DNA from: Promethearchaeota archaeon
GTDB lineage: Archaea > Asgardarchaeota > Thorarchaeia > Thorarchaeales > Thorarchaeaceae
DNA length: 64,000 bases
Assembly (NCBI GenBank): GCA_048939765.1
Contig: JBHLPF010000003.1
Span: forward strand, 45,936 to 109,935
Direction: 5' to 3'
Shown: positions 28,028 to 36,700 of the stretch, piece after piece
Layout of the letters: each line of letters opens with the position of its first letter
Position numbering within the stretch: position 1 is the first letter of the stretch
Notes under the pieces: generated by a model
What the model saw: only the letters and a program-made list of their open reading frames with translations
What the model was told of the DNA's origin: nothing
The model's database searches: none
Program-made: the position numbers and the translations under genes

Positions 28028-28579
28028 TCATTCAACTGCTTTGTCGCTGTATTTTCTGACTCCCGAAGTTATGAGGTCCGTGAATAACGCCTCAACATTC
28101 TCGCCTGTCTTTGCACTGGTTTCAATATGAGTGACGTCCAGCCAATCGGTCAGCATCTGTCCTGCTTCAGGGGGCACTCTCCTATCTTCCAAGTCAATTT
28201 TGTTTGCCACTATTGTTACCGTAGCATCGGGATTCACAGACATGAAATGCGAATACCAATCATATACATGAAGAAATGACCTCGGATTCGTCACATCATA
28301 GACAATGAAAGCGATACTAGCTCCAGCCATATATCGCAGCCTAAGTTCTTTGAAATCGGGTTGTCCGCCAAGGTCCCATAGAACAATCTGTACAGGCATA
28401 GTCTTTTCTTCGGTCAATGCAACTTGAAGATTCTTGACCGCTATGTTTGTTCCCATGGTCGCCTGATACGACTCACCAAAGCTATTCTCAGTGTATCTGA
28501 TTATACAGCTTGTCTTACCTGAAGCCGCGTCACCCAAGCTGACCATTTTGAACATATAACGCGGTGTTCTTCTTGACAC
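28028..28579 (-). CDS. Ras-superfamily small GTPase, Rab-like (Asgard-type)
   Basis: G1 GDAASGKTS, G2 YQATMG, G3 WDLGGQ, G4 NKID, G5 ETSAK; GTG start after AGGAG (track start 28702); no C-terminal prenylation Cys. Confidence 0.92.
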   Translation of the reverse strand: MSRRTPRYMFKMVSLGDAASGKTSCIIRYTENSFGESYQATMGTNIAVKNLQVALTEEKTMPVQIVLWDLGGQPDFKELRLRYMAGASIAFIVYDVTNPRSFLHVYDWYSHFMSVNPDATVTIVANKIDLEDRRVPPEAGQMLTDWLDVTHIETSAKTGENVEALFTDLITSGVRKYSDKAVE

Positions 28580-28714
28580 GCCAAGCTCCTTCCCGGAATA
28601 TCTCTCATTGATGACTAGGTCCAGCATATAATCGCATTTCAGACATACAGATGGAAAACAGTAACAAATCAGAAGATAATTGCGGGTCGGGAGTGACTCC
28701 ATCCCCAGCGGTTT

Positions 28715-30109
28715 CTAAGAGTTCTGAGACAAGCTGAGAACATTGGATAATGCTTGAGCCGCTCTTTCAGGATTTGAGAATACAGGGACATGCCCGCGTT
28801 CCAATCTGTCCTTGCCAGTTGGTGGTGTGCATACAGGTGAATTCAGAATTGCGATGACTGCTTTTTCGGAAGTGGAGGTCTTCTCTAGAATCGGATCAAT
28901 AGGCACTCCTCCCCCAATATCATCCTGATAGTTTGGAGAGAACACTATAATTACCGCATCATATTGTGGCTCGTCCATTATCAGATTGAAAGCTCCCGCG
29001 AAGATTTCAGGATCAGCCCAGCCCTGAGCGAGTAGATCAACAGGATTGGTGATCTCTATCTCAACTTGCATTCCAAGCATCTTTTGAATTGTCGATGAAG
29101 TTCCCTGAGAAGGAGGAGGAAGTGATACCCCTGCGTTTTCGAGTATCTGCGCTGCTATGAGCGATGGACCGAGCGTATGAGTTACAATAGCTACGTTACG
29201 CCCCCTTAGGCGCTTTCTGCAGATAGAGAGGATTTTGGCTGTGTCTATCATCTCAGTGACAGTGTTCGCTTCAATTGCGCCACTCTGACGTGCAGCGGCC
29301 GAATATAGTTCATGCCGACCTGCTAGGCTGCCTGTATGACTCAAAGCTACTTTCCTTGATGTGGGAGTCTTGCCAACTTTGTACATGATGATCGGCTTGT
29401 CTTTTGTCACATGTGCCATCTCATTGTACATTGACCTAGCGTGTTCAGTACCTTCCACAAACAAGCAGACGACTTCTGTTTCATCATCCTGTCCAAAATA
29501 TCTCACCATGTCGTGGAAGTCGATGTTGACTCTATTTCCAATGCTGGCAAATTTGGAGACTCCAACGCCTGAGTCAGCAGCTTCATAGAGCATAAGACCT
29601 GCCACACCTCCGCTTTGACTGACAAGGGCAACACTGCCTCCTTGAACTGGAGCAGGATGTGGAAAGAACGTAGCATTTAGTGCATTACGCGGATTGCCTG
29701 CGCCAAGGCAGTTGGGACCAATGACAGCTATATGAGATGCGTCTGCAGTCTCCTTTACTTGCGCCTGATGTTCTTCGCCGAGTGGACCCAACTCCTTGAA
29801 TCCTGCAGAGAATATGATTACACCTCCAGCATTTGCCTCAGCACAGTCTTTGAGTGCTGGGAGGACATTCAATGGCCCAAGAGCTATAATTGCTAAATCA
29901 ATATCCTCCCCTATATCCGTCGCACTGAAGTAGCATTTGAGCCCATTAATTTCGGAATAACGCGGATTCACCGGGTACTTTCTTGCATTTGAGTCTTTGA
30001 GAGCGCGAAGTGTTAGTGATCCCAGCTTGTTAGGTCGATTTGAGGCGCCGATAATCGCTATAGATTCTGGATTGAAGAGCCTGTCAAGGGAATTAACCTT
30101 CCAGCTCAA
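28715..30109 (-). CDS. ADP-forming acyl-CoA synthetase alpha subunit (AcdA-like, CoA-binding)
   Basis: FNPESIAIIGAS, SAGFKE, IGPNCLG, SQSGG, SIGN, SHTGSLAG phospho-His motif, NPVDL. Confidence 0.88.
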   Translation of the reverse strand: MSWKVNSLDRLFNPESIAIIGASNRPNKLGSLTLRALKDSNARKYPVNPRYSEINGLKCYFSATDIGEDIDLAIIALGPLNVLPALKDCAEANAGGVIIFSAGFKELGPLGEEHQAQVKETADASHIAVIGPNCLGAGNPRNALNATFFPHPAPVQGGSVALVSQSGGVAGLMLYEAADSGVGVSKFASIGNRVNIDFHDMVRYFGQDDETEVVCLFVEGTEHARSMYNEMAHVTKDKPIIMYKVGKTPTSRKVALSHTGSLAGRHELYSAAARQSGAIEANTVTEMIDTAKILSICRKRLRGRNVAIVTHTLGPSLIAAQILENAGVSLPPPSQGTSSTIQKMLGMQVEIEITNPVDLLAQGWADPEIFAGAFNLIMDEPQYDAVIIVFSPNYQDDIGGGVPIDPILEKTSTSEKAVIAILNSPVCTPPTGKDRLERGHVPVFSNPERAAQALSNVLSLSQNS

Positions 30110-31014
30110 GGTTCATCTCTCCTACCCTTGTCATCTACCAGTTCGCGAATCTTGTCGAGTATGATAAAACGTATCTCCTCTGAAGCTTGCTCATAGTCTG
30201 ATAGTATCACTCTTCTAATCCCGCATTCCTTGGCAAGATGGACCATATACTCTTGAATTTGACGAGCAGCAAGGAATTCATTTTCCCTTATCTCTGCATC
30301 AGATGATACAGTCTTGAGTCCAGTAGCACTATGCTTGGCAAGGAACATAGTACGATGAGTTTGTTCTTCAGGATGGACTAGAATCTCCAAGACGCCAGGG
30401 CTAATGTCTTGAAGACTGCCGGGAAGAATGTGGACGCCCTCAACCAACCCCTCAGCTCCTTCCTGCACCATTCTATCCACAGCATCACGGATAGTGGGCT
30501 CTATCAATTCACATTGAGCCAAATACCCCCTGATCATTGGGTCGAGTTCCTCAGGGCTTGCTTTTCGATATCTATGGGCTTGGTATGTATGACAGTGCAA
30601 CTCCGGGTACTCTTCCTTGGAATAAATGCATCTGAGTACCTGCCTGACAGTATCAGTACTAATGATTCGTGTAATTGAGAGAAAGACTATGAAGTCCAAT
30701 GCTAGCATCGACTTGCCAGTAGCTGATGCTCCCTCCAGTACTAAAACGAGTGGAGGAATCTCTCTTGTAGTTCTCCTTAATGCTTCGTATTTTGTAATGA
30801 GGTCGTATTCTGCTAGATATGATTCAGGTACTTGTTCTCGCGCAATAGATGCTACTGTTTCCGTGGAGATGCCTGATTCAGATGCTGCGATTTTACTAGC
30901 CAGCTTCAGTAGAATGTCATCTGTGTCACCATATGATAGACCTGCAGTCAGGAGCTTTCCACGTAGAGCAGCCAATGGAAACGGTAAGGAATCACCGTGA
31001 TAGTCAATCTTCAT
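30106..31014 (-). CDS. 2-phosphoglycerate kinase-like P-loop kinase
   Basis: LEGASATGKS Walker A, IISTDTVRQVLR, VEGVHILP. Confidence 0.78.
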   Translation of the reverse strand: MKIDYHGDSLPFPLAALRGKLLTAGLSYGDTDDILLKLASKIAASESGISTETVASIAREQVPESYLAEYDLITKYEALRRTTREIPPLVLVLEGASATGKSMLALDFIVFLSITRIISTDTVRQVLRCIYSKEEYPELHCHTYQAHRYRKASPEELDPMIRGYLAQCELIEPTIRDAVDRMVQEGAEGLVEGVHILPGSLQDISPGVLEILVHPEEQTHRTMFLAKHSATGLKTVSSDAEIRENEFLAARQIQEYMVHLAKECGIRRVILSDYEQASEEIRFIILDKIRELVDDKGRRDEP

Positions 31015-31041
31015 GCAGGTTTCTATGAGCAGATAACCGAC

Positions 31042-31545
31042 TCAAAAGCCCTTCCATGAGCAGTATCCTTTTTCCTCTCTTCCCGGAGTTCCCCTGAATG
31101 ATCTACCCGTCCTCGTTCGAGGGCTTCTTCGTTGCGGCTTCTGTCCTGCGAAAGGCCTGCTCATATCAACTGATTCATTCACATCCTCAATGTGTCTTTG
31201 AGTTTCCTTAAACTCACCATCTCGACTCCGAAGAAGGTACATGCATTCATCATATTCTCTCACGTAGCCTTTTGTCAAAAGATAGGTCCGGCCCTCCTGT
31301 AGAGAATCGGTGTCTTCATTCCAAAGTGTCATGTTGATTCTTGCGGTTGAATCGCCGGCAACAACATCTTGAACTAGGAACCTTCTACCCGTCTTGTTTG
31401 AGCTTACCTGTCGAGTTTGACTCGTTGAAACTATCTTGAGAAGTACCCCCACCGATCTGGTGAATGGAGTTAAGTCAGCAACCGAGGTTAGTTCTAGGCT
31501 CAACTCCTCTCCAGCTGAGGATTCTATTAGTGATACCATGTTCAT
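31042..31545 (-). CDS. single OB-fold ssDNA-binding protein (RPA/SSB-like) with basic tail
   Basis: VADLTP, VAGDSTARINMTLWN, GYV; Arg/Gly-rich C-terminus. Confidence 0.8.
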   Translation of the reverse strand: MNMVSLIESSAGEELSLELTSVADLTPFTRSVGVLLKIVSTSQTRQVSSNKTGRRFLVQDVVAGDSTARINMTLWNEDTDSLQEGRTYLLTKGYVREYDECMYLLRSRDGEFKETQRHIEDVNESVDMSRPFAGQKPQRRSPRTRTGRSFRGTPGREEKGYCSWKGF

Positions 31546-31693
31546 TCTCCTTCCTGTATGTTGACACTCCTAAAGAACTACTACAGGAGCGGAAGTCGAT
31601 CCCAGAATGCCGCTACGCAACTGCAAATCCTAACCATTCATAAGTCGGTTTCACCAAGATTACATGTTTGAATACGAAGCATGCAGGGATGAG

Positions 31694-32095
31694 ATGTCAG
31701 TGACAACCACCATTCTCATAGTTGATGATGAGCCAGGAATAGTTGACATAATGACTGAGTATCTTAGAAGATACATAGATGATCTGGAAGTCATTCCTGC
31801 AATCGATGGCGAAGCAGCTTTAGAGAGGATCTCTGAACTCAGAGCCGAAGGCAGGCTTCCTCAAATGACATTGATGGATCTCAAGATGCCCGTAATGGAC
31901 GGGATAGCCTGTACTGAGAAGCTGACAGAACTAGGCGTTGAGAATGTGCACATCCTTACAGCCTATGTTGACCGTGAACTCATCAGTAAAGCTGTTTCCG
32001 CTGGAGCCAAGGGACTGCTAATGAAAAGCGAAGGACTTCGTACAATCGCTATGAAAGTGGCCGAGATGATTCGTGTGATGCGCCCTTCGATGTGA
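31694..32095 (+). CDS. stand-alone response regulator receiver (CheY-like)
   Basis: ILIVDDE, LMDLKMPVMDG, ILTAY, LMK; alternative start 31664. Confidence 0.9.
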   Translation: MSVTTTILIVDDEPGIVDIMTEYLRRYIDDLEVIPAIDGEAALERISELRAEGRLPQMTLMDLKMPVMDGIACTEKLTELGVENVHILTAYVDRELISKAVSAGAKGLLMKSEGLRTIAMKVAEMIRVMRPSM

Positions 32096-32191
32096 CAGCA
32101 GCTGCGTTTTTTGATGACTCTATATGCACAACCCTTTTCTGCTGAGAATCGAGTAGAAGCAGACTGCTAGAGACTAGGTGAGGAAATCAAT

Positions 32192-33721
32192 ATGGCCCGC
32201 TTCCGCCGAAGAAGATTGCTAATTGGCTTTCTAGCCATATGTGGAGTAGTAATTCTAGCAAGCACGATTCTTGCCTCCGCTCAAGCGCCACCAGCGGGAT
32301 GGTTCGGAGATAACGAGCATCTGCATGCGCGAATCTTGATCAATGGTGTCAGTATCACAGATACAGACCAGGAAAATGCAATTCCAATCGACCTTGAAGC
32401 TGAAACAACTGTCGACATTGAAATTGATGTAATAGGAACTCAAGCCATTCATCACGTGCAAGGTGGGATAGGCTTTTGGTATCAGAGCATAAAGGTCTTT
32501 GAAATTGGAATTTCTCAAATGAATCTGGAGGCTCTAATGCATCCTGATGATGATATACCTGCTGTTCATGGTGGTGTTACTCTTGGCGATTTCCTAAGCA
32601 CAGAATTCGCAGGAATTTCAATCGATGTAATAACTGGGAAATTCGAGGCTTCAGTGAGTCTATACTATCTATTGGAGGGCGAGGTTGACGGTGTCGATAC
32701 GCCACATTCAATTGGGCAGAATTTCTTCCTTTCAATTGAGTATGCATCGGCAATAGATGCGATTACATCGGTAGCTGGAGTTGCCACGGCAATAGCGACC
32801 GGTGGTGCAATTCTAGGCGTGGGTACAAGTTTCAAATCCCTCTTGGACGGTATTCAGACAGCCCACAAGGTGCGCTCTATTCAAAAGAAGGCTGGAGAGA
32901 TAAGATCGCTTCCAAATCTCACGGTGCTTGGGGCATTACCTGCTTTGTTCTCACTGCTTTCAATGCAGGTGAAGATTCGAAAGAAGAAGGCCACGGAAGA
33001 AGAGATTAGTTCATATGAGCGAGGAGAAGGCGGAGTCAGTGAGTATCGAATTCGCCAGCGTGTGAGAGAGATTGCTCCAGAGGCATGGAACAAAGACAAG
33101 TGTCCAAACTGCAAAGCCAAGTGGCGAGCTGATGCCACCGAATGCAAGAAGTGTCACATCGATATCGAAGAAGCTCAGGACAAATATGCTGACTTGATAG
33201 CCAGTAGGGTGCCCATGGCGTTGCAGGTGATGGGGAAGAAGAAATCACTCTCAATCAGGAAACTTGCAAAGAAGACCAAGTCAAACGAGTACAATGCTGG
33301 AGTCCTTGGTGCGGCGCTCGTTGATTCAGAAGTAACAGAGATACAAAAGATCGAAACTCCCGTTCGGAGCTTCGTTATGAACATTGGCGGACTAGCATTT
33401 CTCGTTCTCACTTGGCAGACATTGCTAGGTGGCGCAGCTAGCACCTTCCAGACAACTCTCACTGTTGTGGGAGCTGCTCTATCCCTTGCAGTCATTGTAG
33501 CATTGTACTTCTCACGGAGGTCACAGATCCAGAAATTGAGAGTCACTTTGGACGACCAAGAACTCTCCGTTGCGGAGGAAGTCAGATCTGAGCCTGCGAC
33601 TGGACCTGCAGGCGCTGAGGCTAAGCCCGAAGAAGAGGAGTATGTCGCTGAAGAGGCATCAGACATTTACGAAGAATACTCTGAAACGGATGAGGAGTAT
33701 TCAGAAGATGATGAGGCGTGA
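32192..33721 (+). CDS. membrane protein with extracellular domain, Zn-ribbon and possible wHTH
   Basis: signal/TM, beta-rich ectodomain, TM segments, CPNC..CKKC, LSIRKLAKKTK, 2 TM, acidic tail. Confidence 0.65.
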   Translation: MARFRRRRLLIGFLAICGVVILASTILASAQAPPAGWFGDNEHLHARILINGVSITDTDQENAIPIDLEAETTVDIEIDVIGTQAIHHVQGGIGFWYQSIKVFEIGISQMNLEALMHPDDDIPAVHGGVTLGDFLSTEFAGISIDVITGKFEASVSLYYLLEGEVDGVDTPHSIGQNFFLSIEYASAIDAITSVAGVATAIATGGAILGVGTSFKSLLDGIQTAHKVRSIQKKAGEIRSLPNLTVLGALPALFSLLSMQVKIRKKKATEEEISSYERGEGGVSEYRIRQRVREIAPEAWNKDKCPNCKAKWRADATECKKCHIDIEEAQDKYADLIASRVPMALQVMGKKKSLSIRKLAKKTKSNEYNAGVLGAALVDSEVTEIQKIETPVRSFVMNIGGLAFLVLTWQTLLGGAASTFQTTLTVVGAALSLAVIVALYFSRRSQIQKLRVTLDDQELSVAEEVRSEPATGPAGAEAKPEEEEYVAEEASDIYEEYSETDEEYSEDDEA

Positions 33722-33761
33722 TGGCTACACTGCCATCACACCGTTGTCCTTTCTCCTAGCA

Positions 33762-36700
33762 TTATTCAGAAGGTACTGAACTTCTTTTAGAAACTGCACC
33801 TGTGACCTTGCCCAGAGCCTGGATTATCTTCGAAGCAATGAATGGAATAACCACCAGGAAGAGAACTGGCATCAGCACTATGATGGCGAGCTGGAAGCTC
33901 TGCAAGAAATCCATTGACATCACTGTAGTGGCGCCCACCACAACCAAGAACATCAGAAACTTGAGGCGGATTGAAGAACTAAACCTGTTGATCATTGATA
34001 TCTTCTCATCCTCAACAATTCTTCGAGGTGTTCCTGCTTCCTCCATTCTCATCACCTTCTTGATGCCCTTGCTGACCTCTCTGTAGAGATTTACAACCAC
34101 AACGATGATTGATGACACATATGCCACGAAGATTGTGGTCATTATCGTCGGGATTGTCAGATCACCGAAGGACGTTGAAACCTCAATGATGTATGCCCTG
34201 AACCAATCTATTCCCGTGCCATATACTAGCATCAGCACAATGACCAGTGGCACAAACACGAGATGCCAGAGACCCAGGGCAATCCTACCCCTGTTCAGAG
34301 CCCCTTTGATGAGGACGGCAGAGACCGCATCTCGGTAGAGCCAGAGGCCATACATGAGCACCGACATTCCGAGCAGGGCTAGAGTAAGCACCAATGCTAG
34401 ACCAAGTTCTGCTTGCATGAAGTACCAATATGATGCTATCAAGCCTGCACCACTACCAATTGCCATCAGCAGGTATATTCGATCCATCCGCCGCACAGAC
34501 CTTCGAAGTCCCTCAACAGATTCGTCATCTATTCTTGTAGAAGCTGAGATTCTGAAATATACAAACATGCCAATGATGCTCAGCAGGAATGATAGTCCAG
34601 CTCCAATGCTGACGGATTGTGTTGACAGGGCGAAGTCAGGGACGGCGGGATCTATCGTTATAGTCTCTGTTGTATCAGTAGCCTGCACAAACTGGCCTTG
34701 GGCTGTAATGCCTACGGTGAATTCGCCGTATCCCTCAGTTGTTGGAATCTGTACTATGCTGACCTCATATGTCCCTATTGCATAAGTTTCAGTTGCTTGA
34801 ACTGGAGGCATATCCATCAGAGACACTGTTACATCCAAGTCGGGAATCGGATTTCCGTAGATGTCTTGGATTGCTATGGCAACCAATAATGATTGGCCTT
34901 GGGTGCCTGACTCTGGGAAGAATGTGACATCGAACACGATTTGGCCTGTAACGACCAAGACTCCTTCCAGAGCGTCACCAGTCTCAATGTCTTCATGATG
35001 GACAGACACAGAATAGTTGTATTCGCCAGGCGACCATCCAACGGTTGATACTTGCGCAGTATAGACGCCGGGAGTGCTTTCTTGCATTGGATAGGAAAGC
35101 GCCTTCACAAAGAAGGTCACAGTTGCACCAGAGACCGGTCGGTCGAGCCAATCGACAAGAGTCAGTTCCATCGTTGTCTGGCCTCCTTGCGCAACTGTAT
35201 CGCCTCCGAGGGACCTGATGGATGAATATGCACTTGCATCTGCATAGGCACGAATAGTGTATACCTTTGACCATGGATTGGCGTAGGTTGCATTCACATA
35301 GACCGTGAAGGTGTTGTCTCCAATCAGGAAGTCGGCAAGGACCATGAACACAAAATCAGGCTCTCCTGTCACCCCTGTCTGGGTGTACCTTGTGCCATTG
35401 ATCTCGATAGCCACTGAAGTGCCCTGAAGGACGGGGCCAAACGCGTCTTTGACGAAAACACTCACTTCAAAAGTGGCACCTGCCTCAACTCTTGGAGTGA
35501 AGAACACATTTGGTAATAGATCACCAACTACTTCAAACTCGATCTGCTGGGCCGGATTATCGAATATGTTGCTTTTCTGAACGTGCAGATTGAAGGTATA
35601 GTTTCCAATGCCCAATTCAATTGTACTATTGAACTGATAGGCACCAGGTACTGCGGACTCCTGGAGCTGGAAAATTACGTTTTCACTTCTAAGAGATACA
35701 GACGCGTGAATAATTGGTCTCCCGTAGGCGTCATAGACTTGAAACACAGCTACAACATTGTCATGTTGCTGCGCAATCCCGGGGAAGTCAGTAATGACTG
35801 TCAGGCTTGATGCGAGAGTCTGAACTTCGATGATGCGCTCTCCATATCCCACCCCATTTCCAAAGGGATGCGTTGCTGTCGCACTTATAAGATGGGAGCC
35901 TGCCTGCAGTTGCACCTCAGCAACCTCCAAGAAATAGGAGTTATTCATTGGAACTGCAGGATAATCTGAACCGCCAATATGAACCATGACCGAAGAGTCA
36001 TCCACTCTCGCCTCCAAGTTGTCATGAACCAGGACCTCAACAGTCATGTTGCCTCCCTGATAAACTCGATCCGGACAAAAGACCAGAACATGAAGATCAC
36101 TTCTTACGGTGACCGCATCGGGGAAGGAAGCATATCTGAAATGATAGAAATCATGATTGACAAGAACACTGAGGTTGATTGGTCCAATTGGCCATGAAGC
36201 GTCTGTCCATGCTTCGTAATGAGACTCACTGGGATTGTAATATGAATTGAAAGAAGGTGTCTGCAAACCTTCAGGAGTCACGAAACTAGCTTGTACGTAG
36301 ACAGCAGCATCATCGACAGATTCTCCATAGATATTAAGAACTGTGACATTTGCTCCAAAGGGGCTGCCTTGATCAACAATGGCTGGAGCATACTCAATAC
36401 CCACCGATAGTCTATAGAATAGATCCAGGTCTCGGATTGCACCTATGACTGCTTTTCCAACGTCGGTTACAATAGGATATGCAGCAATCTCCTGCCCACT
36501 GCCAGGATCAACATTCCCGATTGGTATGGGGTCATAGACCTCTCCGACCTCAGCAGTTCTCACTCCACCATCATTGGATATTATGGTGAGGAGTCCATCC
36601 TCCTTGGTGAACAAGAGAAACTCGTTGACAGGCCAACCATTGAAATCCGTTTCTATCGCACAGAGCGGTGTTGATTCCGTCACATAGATGGACCAATCAA

